A stretch of DNA of 64,000 bases from Candidatus Krumholzibacteriota bacterium (GCA_963806035.1 CAWDWO010000011.1:1-64000), one strand, 5' to 3'; shown: positions 19,562-28,618, counted from the stretch's first letter. Made by a program: numbers and translations. The notes: generated from the sequence alone by a model not told the origin.

Positions 19562-20369
19562 GGGCTGCCTCCAGCAAAGGACCCAGGTATTCGATCCCTC
19601 TCTGACGAACGCTCGAAGGCGAGGTTTCATCGCCCAGAGCCCGCAGGAAGGCACTCCCCACCACGGCGCCATCGGCAAATTCTCTCACTCGCCGCACGTC
19701 ATTCGCCGAGGAGATTCCAAAGCCGACCGCTACCGGCGCCTCGCTCTGCTCTCGCAAACGCAGGACGGTCTTTTGGGCGCGATCATCGAGAGTGGTTCTC
19801 GATCCCGTGACACCCAGGGTCGCCACGCAATAGACGAATCCGGTACTGGCCTCGGCCGCCCGCCGCAGTCTCCCGTCGTCGGAAGTCGAGGCCACCAGGA
19901 AACAGAGCTCGAGACCACCCGCGCGGGCCAAACCCTGAAAGGGGGCCGCCTCCTCCACCACCAGATCGGTGATCAGCGTCGCACCCACTCCTCGAGAGAT
20001 CAGGGCGGGGACCAGGGCGTCCAGGCCAAAACTTAGAAGTGGGTTGAAGTAACTGAAGAGAACCCTTGGAATATCATGAGTTGAGTGTCTGAGATTTTCC
20101 AGAATGCGCCGCAGGGTCACCCCCTGTGCAAGCGCACGCTCGATGGTGTGCTGGATGGTGGGGCCATCGGCCACGGGATCGCTGAAGGGGACTCCCAACT
20201 CTACCGCATCCACTCCCAGCTCCTCGATCCCCTCGAGCAGCTCCAAGCTCGCCTGAAGGCTAGGGTAACCCAGAGTCAGATAGGGAATGAGCGCGCAGTG
20301 TCCGCGCGCGCGCGCGCGGAGAAGCGCCTCGCGAGCCGAGGGCGGCGACTTGCTGTCGCGCGGATTCAT
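19554..20369 (-). CDS. trpA: Tryptophan synthase alpha chain
   Basis: ELGVPFSDPVADGPTIQ, YFNP, GVTG, VGFGIS, ADGAVVGSA. Confidence 0.95.
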   Translation of the reverse strand: MNPRDSKSPPSAREALLRARARGHCALIPYLTLGYPSLQASLELLEGIEELGVDAVELGVPFSDPVADGPTIQHTIERALAQGVTLRRILENLRHSTHDIPRVLFSYFNPLLSFGLDALVPALISRGVGATLITDLVVEEAAPFQGLARAGGLELCFLVASTSDDGRLRRAAEASTGFVYCVATLGVTGSRTTLDDRAQKTVLRLREQSEAPVAVGFGISSANDVRRVREFADGAVVGSAFLRALGDETSPSSVRQRGIEYLGPLLEAARA

Positions 20370-20392
20370 CGAGGGTCCTGGTTGACGCGCAT

Positions 20393-21223
20393 TCAACTGT
20401 CCGCCGCGTCGAGCATGCGTGCGCGTCGGAAGCACTGCAGCGACTCCGACTTCATGGAGAGCGCATCGTAGGCGAAGCCCAGCTCGCGCATGACCTGTGC
20501 GTCGTCGGGAAGAGCATGTGCCACTTTCTTGAGTTCTCGCACCGCATCGTGAGCACGGCCACGACGCCGATGGACTTTCCCCAAGTGATAGCGCGCGCGC
20601 ACGAGGTCCTCGTTGCACGCCAAGGCAGCCTCGAAGGCTTGGGCGGCTTCTTTCAAGAGACCGCGCCGCGAACGGCACAGACCCAGGTAGTAGTGAGCAA
20701 GGGGATGATCGCCACTTTCGTAGAGCGCACGCTCCAAAAGACTCTCCGCCGGAGCCAGATCTCCCTGCCGCAGACGAACCAGTGCGAGGTTGAAGATTGC
20801 ATCGTAGCTGGGCGCCAACTCGAGACAACGCTCGAGACAGCGGACGGCGTCTTCGTGACGTCCCAGTTCGCCGTAGATCGCGCCCAGATTGAGATAGGCC
20901 GCGGGTTCGTCGGGCGCGAGCTGGATCGCGCGGCGGAAGGCCCGGATCGCATCCTGGTGGTGACCACGCAGATCCAGGACCACTCCCAAATTGGTGTGGG
21001 CGCGTGCGTCCTCGAAGCGCAGGTTCAGTGTCTGGCGCAACCACGACTCCGCCTGCTCCAGCTTTCCTTGCTGCAGGTAGATGTGGGCCATGCGATAGCA
21101 GGCATCGGCCGAGGAGCGTGGTCCCTCGGGAAGCGCCGAGAGAACCTCGATGGCTTCCTCGAGACGCCCTTCGCTCTCGAGCAGGCGGGCCCGTGCCACC
21201 GGATCTTGATTCTCGATCTTCAT
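20393..21223 (-). CDS. Tetratricopeptide repeat protein
   Basis: About seven canonical TPRs (AHTNLGVVL, AYLNLGAIY, AHYYLG, ARYHLG). Confidence 0.85.
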   Translation of the reverse strand: MKIENQDPVARARLLESEGRLEEAIEVLSALPEGPRSSADACYRMAHIYLQQGKLEQAESWLRQTLNLRFEDARAHTNLGVVLDLRGHHQDAIRAFRRAIQLAPDEPAAYLNLGAIYGELGRHEDAVRCLERCLELAPSYDAIFNLALVRLRQGDLAPAESLLERALYESGDHPLAHYYLGLCRSRRGLLKEAAQAFEAALACNEDLVRARYHLGKVHRRRGRAHDAVRELKKVAHALPDDAQVMRELGFAYDALSMKSESLQCFRRARMLDAADS

Positions 21224-21286
21224 GCGTAGGGGAGCTTCAGACAAACGACCACGACCTCGAAAGGGGAAGCTGGAGGGCTTTTGCGC

Positions 21287-21315
21287 AGGCTAGGACTGGC
21301 CGCCCCTGCTGTCAA
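21287..21315 (-). promoter_or_regulatory. sigma-70-type promoter for TPR-trpA-uppP-moeA
   Basis: Minus strand TTGACA-N17-TAGCCT. Confidence 0.55.
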
Positions 21316-21406
21316 TCCTGTGGGCGAGGTACGGATGGAAAACGAGCCGGACGCACACGGCATCCGGCTCGATCGATGGCGAGGTGAGAGAAACGAGGGT
21401 GTCGTC

Positions 21407-23029
21407 TCAGCGCTGCACCTTCAGGTTGAGAACGATTCGAACCGCCTGGCCCTCAGCCAGAAGATCCGCGTCGAGAGTGATGGGAACCTCGATGGTACGC
21501 GTACTGCCGGAAAGCGGCTTGAAGGCCCCGGTCTGGTAATCGGCACTCACCGGTATACCTGGTCCCGAGCCGGAATCCATGGGCTTCTTGCGAGGATCCG
21601 TGATGAGTTCGAGAGATTCCTCTTCTTCTTCCGCTTTCGCGGGTACCGCGGTGAAGCCGCCCGATTCGAGCAGATCCTCGGGAAGCTCGAAATCGTCGTC
21701 CTTGGGAGGACGCTTCCCCGCTTGGGAATCCGGCCCCAGATCGACCATGCGTCCGAAGCCCGACTCGTAGGCGAGATCATCGTTCTCGGCGGTCTCCTCG
21801 CTCTCTGCACTGTCTTTGGGTGAGAAGAGGGTATCGACGAGGTCGGCGACCGTCTCGTCCACGAGAGGGGCATTCTGGGGCTGCTCCGGCTGCGAACGCG
21901 CGACGGGACGAGTGGGCTCGTCCTGCAGCGAATCTGCGCGGGCCTGCTGCTGGCCCAGCGGATCGCCAGAGGGAGTGGGCGTCTGGGACATGGTCTGTGG
22001 ACCTTTCGTTTCGAATCCTGTGGGTGAGTCGGCCCGGGTCTTCCCCTCGCCGGCAGCCGACACCGTCCGCGTTCCCACCGTCACCGTTTCGGCGTCCTCT
22101 TGTGTGTGTTCGGAGCGCGGTGCGTCCTGCCAGGGAGCATCCGCGTTCTGCCTTACTTCCGTGCCGTCCCCTCCCCCCGAAGGCCCGGAGTCCTTCTCGG
22201 GAGCCTGGGACTCGTCCGTGTTTTCGCCCGCGCCGCGAGCATGCCTCTGGAGACTGCCCAAGATCGAACTCAGGACGCTCGATCCCTTCGAGCCGGAGTT
22301 CTTGACGGTGGGCGGTCCCTGAAGCGTCACCGAATCCTTCAGGGTAGGATCCGGATGATCGACGTCGCGCAGTCGAGTCTCGATGTCCTCGCCGAAGAGC
22401 GAAGCGCTGCTCTGCTGGTTTCCGCTCTCCTGGGGAATCGTGCCTTCTTCTGTGGCGAGATTGCGGTAGATCATGCGGCTGATCTGGTGCAGGGATTCGT
22501 AGACTCCCTCGCCCGTAAGTGCGCAAGCAGAGAACGAAGGATGACCTTCCGGATTCAACTGTCGCTCGAGTTGCTCGGTCTCGATCGTCGAAGGCAAGTC
22601 CCTCTTGTTCCATTGCAGCACGATCGGAATCGTCGCCGGATCCAGACCGATTTCCTCCAGGTTCTCCTTGAGGTTCTGCAGGCTCTCCAAGTTGTCCTGC
22701 ATGCGACCGGCTTCGCTGTCCGCCACGAAGACCACGCCATCGGCTCCCTTGAGCACCATTTTCCGCGTGGCGTTGTAGTAGACCTGCCCGGGTACCGTGT
22801 AGAGCATGAAGCGGGTCTTGAAGCCGTCGATCAGGCCCAGCTCCAGGGGAAGAAAATCAAAGAAGATCGTGCGGTCGGTTTGGGTCCTCAGGGAGATCAT
22901 CTTGCCCGAATACTCCAGCGGGATTTTCGAGTAGATCCACTCCAGATTGGTGGTCTTCCCGCTGAGGGCAGGGCCGTAGTAGACGATCTTCGCGTTGATT
23001 TCCTTGCCGCTGTAGTTATAGACGACCAT
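21407..23029 (-). CDS. mglA: MglA-family small GTPase with a long acidic C-terminal extension
   Basis: EINAKIVYYGPALSGKTTNL, DRTIFFDFLP, LYTVPGQVYY, DGVVFVADS, NKRDLP, then ~340 aa of low-complexity tail. Confidence 0.88.
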   Translation of the reverse strand: MVVYNYSGKEINAKIVYYGPALSGKTTNLEWIYSKIPLEYSGKMISLRTQTDRTIFFDFLPLELGLIDGFKTRFMLYTVPGQVYYNATRKMVLKGADGVVFVADSEAGRMQDNLESLQNLKENLEEIGLDPATIPIVLQWNKRDLPSTIETEQLERQLNPEGHPSFSACALTGEGVYESLHQISRMIYRNLATEEGTIPQESGNQQSSASLFGEDIETRLRDVDHPDPTLKDSVTLQGPPTVKNSGSKGSSVLSSILGSLQRHARGAGENTDESQAPEKDSGPSGGGDGTEVRQNADAPWQDAPRSEHTQEDAETVTVGTRTVSAAGEGKTRADSPTGFETKGPQTMSQTPTPSGDPLGQQQARADSLQDEPTRPVARSQPEQPQNAPLVDETVADLVDTLFSPKDSAESEETAENDDLAYESGFGRMVDLGPDSQAGKRPPKDDDFELPEDLLESGGFTAVPAKAEEEEESLELITDPRKKPMDSGSGPGIPVSADYQTGAFKPLSGSTRTIEVPITLDADLLAEGQAVRIVLNLKVQR

Positions 23030-23107
23030 GGTGTCTCGCAGGGATCGGGAATGCTTATCGCCAATCGCAAGGTGATGAGCGATCGACTTCGCGCGCTGAG
23101 AATCAGG

Positions 23108-23122
23108 GCAATCTCCATGCCA
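23108..23122 (-). promoter_or_regulatory. sigma-54 promoter of the mglA-like gene
   Basis: Minus strand TGGCATGGAGATTGC, GG-N10-GC. Confidence 0.7.
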
Positions 23123-23268
23123 TCCTGGGCAGGCAGGCTCCGTCCTGATCCTCAGCCCCCCTCCAGAGGGAAGCACGGACCCTCCCGGGGCCCGACACTC
23201 CCTTGTGGGAATCCCTCAATTCACGGGGCAAGGCCGCCCCGAGACCCTCGTATGCCCTCTCGACCTTC

Positions 23269-23284
23269 GGGCACCGCCCTTGCA
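23269..23284 (+). promoter_or_regulatory. sigma-54 promoter of the divergent hypothetical gene
   Basis: GGGCACCGCCCTTGCA, GG-N10-GC, ~88 nt before GTG 23372. Confidence 0.65.
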
Positions 23285-23371
23285 TCGTGTTCCTCGACTC
23301 CCATGGTCTTGCCTCGTCCCGACGCGGAAAGACCGCCAGTTTTCGACTCGTGAGGCGCCTTGGAGGCTCCG

Positions 23372-23824
23372 GTGGAAAAAACGAGCAGTACGGACAAGAT
23401 CCTGGCCGAGATGTTCGGCCGGCTGTTGAACATGAAGGTTTCACCGGCGGTTGCACGGAAGCTGAGCTACGTGGTCGACGGAGTGATCCAGAAGGTGCAG
23501 GGCAGCATCGATCTGGAGACCACCCAGGGGCAAAATACCTTCCGCGCCCTGATCTGCTCCATGGTGGTGCACGGCTGGGGTCTGGGAATGCACCCGGACA
23601 ACAACCCGCCCCAGACGGTCGAGGGTCGCGACGTGGAGGTCCAGGTCTGCAAAGACATCCTGGTCCCCATGAGTTCGCTGCAATCTTTGCGCTTCGTGAA
23701 AAAAGACAAGTACGGACGCGTGAAGAAGGCCCTCTTCGAACCCGATCAGAACATGCGCATTCGCGGACAGATCGACGGCATCCTGCAGGAGATCAGCGAC
23801 AAGAAGTGGGACGAGAGCGACTGA
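23372..23824 (+). CDS. Hypothetical cytoplasmic protein (150 aa)
   Basis: GGAGG plus GTG start, GC-ending codons, natural composition; fills the gap between mglA and the zinc-finger gene. Confidence 0.8.
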   Translation: MEKTSSTDKILAEMFGRLLNMKVSPAVARKLSYVVDGVIQKVQGSIDLETTQGQNTFRALICSMVVHGWGLGMHPDNNPPQTVEGRDVEVQVCKDILVPMSSLQSLRFVKKDKYGRVKKALFEPDQNMRIRGQIDGILQEISDKKWDESD

Positions 23825-23903
23825 GTCGCGCTCCTCTCTTCCACTCGCGCCTCCGAGGACCTCGCGCATCGGCTCCGCCTGTTCCCATTTCTCCTTGAGC
23901 AGG

Positions 23904-23940
23904 AAAAAGAAGAACCCCGGCGTGGGGCACCGGGGTCTTC
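23904..23940 (-). terminator. Rho-independent terminator between convergent genes
   Basis: ACCCCGG/CCGGGGT stem followed on the minus strand by TCTTCTTTTT. Confidence 0.6.
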
Positions 23941-23979
23941 ATCAAAAACTTCAGATTCTTCTTGTAGTTGGCTAATTCA

Positions 23980-24843
23980 TCAGAAGATCGGCTGTCCGTC
24001 CGCGAGGATGTCGTTGAGAGCTTCACGGAAGTGATTGGTCGAGTTCGCGACCTCGGGCGTCACGCGCTCCTTGTATACCTCCCACGACTTCTTGATCTCC
24101 GGGCCGAGCTCCTGCACGAGCTTGCCGGAGGCCAGGGCCGCGTCCCGCTTGGCGCGGTTGTACACCAGAATGTCACTGACGAGCGCTCGCGCGAGGCGAC
24201 GCGACTTATCCTGCTTTCGCTGCTCCTCGGGGCTCACCGTCGCGGCTTCCGGCTCGGGAGAGCTGGCGAGAGCGCTCTCGTCCAGATCCAGCTCGCGGAA
24301 GGAGGAAGACGAACTCGCGGGAGGAGTCTCGAGAGCGACACTCGAAGCTTTTGCCTGATCCAGGGACCCGGCAGCCGGAGCGTGCAGACCGGCCGAAGCA
24401 TGAGTCATCGGCGCGGAACCCGGAAAGCCCTCCGAGCGCTCGATCTTGAATTCCGTGTCGCGTCCACCGGAAGGCGGAGCCGCCTCGCTCGGAGCAGCCG
24501 GAGCCGGGGATGCCGCCCTTGCCGGCGCCTGCGCCGCCGGCGCTTGCGAAGGCATGGCGGGAGCAATCGGGGGCACGAAGGGTTTGGAGCTGGGGCCCGT
24601 TGGGGAAGACTGCGGCGCCGCAGCCAGATCGACCTCACCGTAACGGCTGGGTTCGTAGGGCGCCTGTCGAGCCGAGCCGTCGCTGGGCCGACCCAGCGAG
24701 GAGGATCCCTGGCTGTCTGCTTCTGGGCCAACGATGGCAAAGACGTGTCCACAGCGATTGCATCGCGTCTTGATCCGTCGCGGGGGTACGAGTTCGGCCT
24801 GGAGCCGGTAGGAAGTCTTGCATTCTGCACACTGGACGATCAT
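23980..24843 (-). CDS. MJ0042-type zinc-finger protein with Pro/Ala/Ser linker and RomX-like C-terminal domain
   Basis: MIVQCAECKTSYRL...TRCNRCGHVF; C-terminal RRLARALVSDILVYN...EIKKSWEVYKERV...TNHFREALNDIL. Confidence 0.75.
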   Translation of the reverse strand: MIVQCAECKTSYRLQAELVPPRRIKTRCNRCGHVFAIVGPEADSQGSSSLGRPSDGSARQAPYEPSRYGEVDLAAAPQSSPTGPSSKPFVPPIAPAMPSQAPAAQAPARAASPAPAAPSEAAPPSGGRDTEFKIERSEGFPGSAPMTHASAGLHAPAAGSLDQAKASSVALETPPASSSSSFRELDLDESALASSPEPEAATVSPEEQRKQDKSRRLARALVSDILVYNRAKRDAALASGKLVQELGPEIKKSWEVYKERVTPEVANSTNHFREALNDILADGQPIF

Positions 24844-24929
24844 GGCCTCTCCACGCATCTAAAGACAGCCCCGGCATCGGCCACTTCGGCTTCTTGCAGG
24901 GCTTGTGGTTCCTTGTGGTGGCGTGTGAC

Positions 24930-24945
24930 AGCAAGGTTCGGACCA
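24930..24945 (-). promoter_or_regulatory. Possible sigma-54 promoter of the zinc-finger/RomX-like gene
   Basis: Minus strand TGGTCCGAACCTTGCT, GG-N10-GC, ~87 nt before the ATG. Confidence 0.55.
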
Positions 24946-24956
24946 TCGGCGCCAAT

Positions 24957-27041
24957 TCAGCCGGTGGCACTCCAGAAGGGATTCCGTGAGCCCAGGTGAT
25001 CCAGCCACCGGCTCAGGGAACGATGAAGGGGAAGGGTGAGCTTCGGGTCGGTCGAGAGCACGGCTTCGGCCCGGGCGCGCGCCGTCTCCACCAGGGCTCC
25101 GTCACTCAATGGATTCAACACGCGAAAGGGCGCCAGACCGTGCTGCCGCAGACCGGTGAGGTCTCCCATACCGCGTTCGCGCAGATCGGCTTCCGCCAAT
25201 TCGAATCCATCGTCGCATCTCGCGAGGAGCTTCAAGCGGCGGCTTCCCGCCTCTCCGATTTCCCCACTGGCCACCAGCACACACCAGGAGTCTCTTTCCC
25301 CCCGTCCCACTCGCCCGCGGAGCTGGTGGAGCTGGGCCAGACCGAAACGCTCGGCATGATGGATGACCATGAGCGTTGCTTCGGGAACGTCGACCCCCAC
25401 CTCCACCACGGTGGTCGCCACCAGCACGTCCAGCTCTCCCGTGGAGAAAGCCCTGCGGATACGCTCCTTCTCGCGCGCCGCCATCCTCCCGTGCAAGAGC
25501 CCCAGGCGCAGCCCGCGGAGGGGTCCCGCGCCGAGTTCTTCGTAGGCGGCGCTCGCGCTGGCCAAGTCGTTTCCCTCCGTCTCTTCCACCAGAGGAAAGA
25601 CCAGGTAGGCGCGTTCACCCTGCGCCACGCGACGCCTCAGGTGCTCGTAGACCTTCGCCAGCGCCGCCTCTCGTACCACACGCGTGACCACCGGACTTCG
25701 CCCCGGAGGCTTCTCGTTCAGGATCGAAAGGTCGAGGTCGGCGAAGACGGTGAGGGCCAGACTTCGTGGAATCGGCGTGGCCGACATCACCAGAAGATGC
25801 GCCCCTTGCCCGGAAAGGGCCGCCCTTTGCAGAACTCCGAAGCGATGCTGTTCGTCCACGATGATCAAACCCAGACGATCGAACTCCACCTTGTCCTGGA
25901 TCAACGCGTGCGTACCGAAGACGAGCTGGATTCGCCCCGACTTCAGCTCGCGAAGAATTTCGCGCCGCCGGGCGGCGGGGGTGCTACCCGTCAGAACCGC
26001 GCCGTGAATGCCTATCTTTTGCAAGCGAGGCAAGTTTCGTGTCGCATGCTGCCGGGCCAGAATCTCGGTAGGTGCCATGAATGCAGCCTGAGCTCCGTTT
26101 TCCGCCATCCAGATCATGGCCAGCACCGCGACCAGGGTCTTGCCACTCCCCACGTCTCCCTGCAGGAGACGATGCATCGCGATCTCGCGGGCAAGATCCT
26201 GTTTCAGGGTCTTCAGGACTCTCCTCTGTGCTCCGGTGAGAGTGAAGCCGAGACTGTTCAAATATTCGCCGGACAACTCGCCCAGATCATGAATGCGAAC
26301 CGCCGCGTTTCTTCGTAGCAACTGCCGTCGTCGCACCCCCACCGAGAGTTGCAGCGCCAACGCCTCGTCAAAGGCAAGCCGTCTTCTTCCCGCTGCCGCC
26401 TGCTGCGCCTCTTGCGGCCGATGCACCGCCTCCAACGCGCTCTTCAGCTCCAGGAGGGATTCTTCCTCGCGCCAGCTTGGCGGAAGAGGATCGACGGTTT
26501 CATCACGCAGTGAGTCCAGGGCCGTTCGCACGAGCTTGCGCATCGTCGTCTGTGAGATGCCCGCGGTGAGGGGATAGCAGGGCACCATCCCTCCCGACAG
26601 GAGTTCCCCTTCCCCGCTGGCATCTTCGAAGCTGGGATTGATCATTTGTAGTCTGCGCCGGTAGGCACTCACTCTGCCGGAGACCACCAGTTCCTCGCCG
26701 ATGCGCAGCTGCTTGGCCACCCAGGCCGCATTGAACCAGCTGAGGTGAAGTTGGAGACCGTTCTCCATGAGCACGCCGCTCACCAGGGTCCGCCCCCCGC
26801 GGATTCGCCGGCTCTGCAGATCGATGATCTGGCCGCGAACCGTGGCCGCCTGGCCTTCCCGGATCTCGCGCAGGGAAACGAGCGAGGAGCGCTCGAGATA
26901 GTCGTGAGGAAGATGGTAAAGAAGGTCCTCGCCGCGTTCGATTCCCAGACGCGCGAGGAGTTGCGCGCGACGCGGGCCAACTCCCTTCAAGTACTGCACG
27001 GGGCTATCCAGATGAAAACGCGGCGAGGAATTTTCGCTCAT
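24957..27041 (-). CDS. recG: ATP-dependent DNA helicase RecG
   Basis: LKGVGP, RLLQGDVGSGKT, MAPTEILA, DEQHRFG, SATPIPR, QLHQLRGRVGRG. Confidence 0.97.
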   Translation of the reverse strand: MSENSSPRFHLDSPVQYLKGVGPRRAQLLARLGIERGEDLLYHLPHDYLERSSLVSLREIREGQAATVRGQIIDLQSRRIRGGRTLVSGVLMENGLQLHLSWFNAAWVAKQLRIGEELVVSGRVSAYRRRLQMINPSFEDASGEGELLSGGMVPCYPLTAGISQTTMRKLVRTALDSLRDETVDPLPPSWREEESLLELKSALEAVHRPQEAQQAAAGRRRLAFDEALALQLSVGVRRRQLLRRNAAVRIHDLGELSGEYLNSLGFTLTGAQRRVLKTLKQDLAREIAMHRLLQGDVGSGKTLVAVLAMIWMAENGAQAAFMAPTEILARQHATRNLPRLQKIGIHGAVLTGSTPAARRREILRELKSGRIQLVFGTHALIQDKVEFDRLGLIIVDEQHRFGVLQRAALSGQGAHLLVMSATPIPRSLALTVFADLDLSILNEKPPGRSPVVTRVVREAALAKVYEHLRRRVAQGERAYLVFPLVEETEGNDLASASAAYEELGAGPLRGLRLGLLHGRMAAREKERIRRAFSTGELDVLVATTVVEVGVDVPEATLMVIHHAERFGLAQLHQLRGRVGRGERDSWCVLVASGEIGEAGSRRLKLLARCDDGFELAEADLRERGMGDLTGLRQHGLAPFRVLNPLSDGALVETARARAEAVLSTDPKLTLPLHRSLSRWLDHLGSRNPFWSATG

Positions 27042-27058
27042 GGAATGCTCCGAGGGCT

Positions 27059-28540
27059 TCACTCCACGCGTTGAAACAGATAATAGCCGTTGGGACCCTG
27101 CAGAACGGCGCTCAGCTCGCCCACTTTCAAGGCCTCGATGGCCTTTTGGAAAGAGGGGTTGAGTGCCTTGGGGTCGACATAGCCGATGTCGACTCCCGTG
27201 ATCTTGGCGAGCTTGCTCAGGGCCTGGCCCACCGCGTAGAAATCCTCGCCCGCCTCTACGCGCGAGCGCGCCTCGTCCGCTTCTGACTTCTCCTTGGTCA
27301 TGATCTGAAGCAGATGGACCTCGCCCTTCGCCAGAGACGCCTTCCTCTCCTTGATCTGCGTATCGAGCTCGGCGAGGACGCCGTCGATTCGCTTCTTCTC
27401 TTTGTCGTCGGGAACGACCTTCTGGTACTCGAGATAGTGCTGCCTGGCTTGCTCGTAGTGAAAGCGCGCTCCGGCAATGCGTGCGAGGTGCAGATGAGGT
27501 CCCGGTAGCTCGGGATTGAGACGCGCGGCCTCGGTCAAGAGCTTCTTCGCCTCGTCCACTTTGCCGCGGGTGAGCAGCAGGACGCCGAGATTCAGGCGCG
27601 CCGATGCGGAGGAGGGCCCGGGATCCACCTTGATCGCTTGGCGGTATGCTTCCTCGGCTTCGGGCATTTTCTCCTGCACGACCAGTGAGTTGCCCAGATT
27701 GAACCAGGAATCGGGGTCCTTGGGATCGAGTCGTAGAGCCTCGTGGAACGCCTTCTCCGCCGCGGCCGGATCCCCCTGCAGGAAATGCAGGCCGGCGAGT
27801 CCCGACCAGGCTTCCGCGCTGGGTTCGATCGAGAGACTCTCTTCCAGGTCGCTCTTGGCTTCGTCGAGACGGCCCAGTCCCAGACATACGTGTCCCAAGA
27901 GAGCGAGGGCCTCCGAACGTGAGGCGCCCAGGCTCAGGGCCTTCTTCAGATTCGAGTATGCTTCGTCCATCTCTCCCACGCGGTGCTGGATACGGCCGAG
28001 ATCCATGAAGTACATCGGATTGGTACCGTCGAGAAGAATCAGCTGACGCAGGAGACCTCCGGCATCGGCCCACTTCTGCATCGCGATCTTGACCGTGACC
28101 AGTGCCTCCAGAAGAGGAATGTCGTCCTGGTGTTCACTGACCCCGGACTCCAAGGTCTTGAGCGCGGTGGTGGCATCACCATTGGCGAACTGCGCCTGCG
28201 CCAGCATCAGATAGGGGTCAGCTCCCTTGGGGTCCAGCTTGCGTGCCTTCTTGGCCGCCTCCAATCCCTGCGTCACGTTCCCCAGAGCCGTCTCCACCGC
28301 CGCCAGACGCAGCCACAATTCCACGTCATCTCCGTGGGCCTTCAGCACCTCGCGGTAGGAATCGCGCGCCAACTCGCCCTTTCCGGCCGCCACCAGACTG
28401 TCACCCTTGGCGAGCCATGGATGGCTGGGATCCGCGGGCGGGATGTCCTGCGCGCGGGAAGAGCCCCAGGTGCCGGCAATCGAAAGCACGAGGCAAGCCG
28501 CGACCAGTGCCCACAGCCTAGGAGAATTCGGGTGCTTCAT
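27059..28540 (-). CDS. Exported TPR protein with a C-terminal parvulin/rotamase-like domain
   Basis: Signal peptide, many TPRs, then GEDFYAVG...DIGYV...LKVGELSAVLQGPNGYYLF. Confidence 0.8.
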   Translation of the reverse strand: MKHPNSPRLWALVAACLVLSIAGTWGSSRAQDIPPADPSHPWLAKGDSLVAAGKGELARDSYREVLKAHGDDVELWLRLAAVETALGNVTQGLEAAKKARKLDPKGADPYLMLAQAQFANGDATTALKTLESGVSEHQDDIPLLEALVTVKIAMQKWADAGGLLRQLILLDGTNPMYFMDLGRIQHRVGEMDEAYSNLKKALSLGASRSEALALLGHVCLGLGRLDEAKSDLEESLSIEPSAEAWSGLAGLHFLQGDPAAAEKAFHEALRLDPKDPDSWFNLGNSLVVQEKMPEAEEAYRQAIKVDPGPSSASARLNLGVLLLTRGKVDEAKKLLTEAARLNPELPGPHLHLARIAGARFHYEQARQHYLEYQKVVPDDKEKKRIDGVLAELDTQIKERKASLAKGEVHLLQIMTKEKSEADEARSRVEAGEDFYAVGQALSKLAKITGVDIGYVDPKALNPSFQKAIEALKVGELSAVLQGPNGYYLFQRVE

Positions 28541-28618
28541 GGTGATCGCTTCACCTCGATGAAGGTACTGCTGGCGAGAGTTCGGGAGCTTCGAATTGAG
28601 CGCACCGAGCGCCGCGCG

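Noticed and set aside
27042..28073. Apparent 344-aa N-terminal extension of RecG; similar extensions on murG, murD, murE, trpA and the GT2 fusion
   Set aside because: The extensions overlap upstream genes in another frame and are Arg/Gly/Pro-rich noise; better starts with RBS or stop-start overlaps exist.
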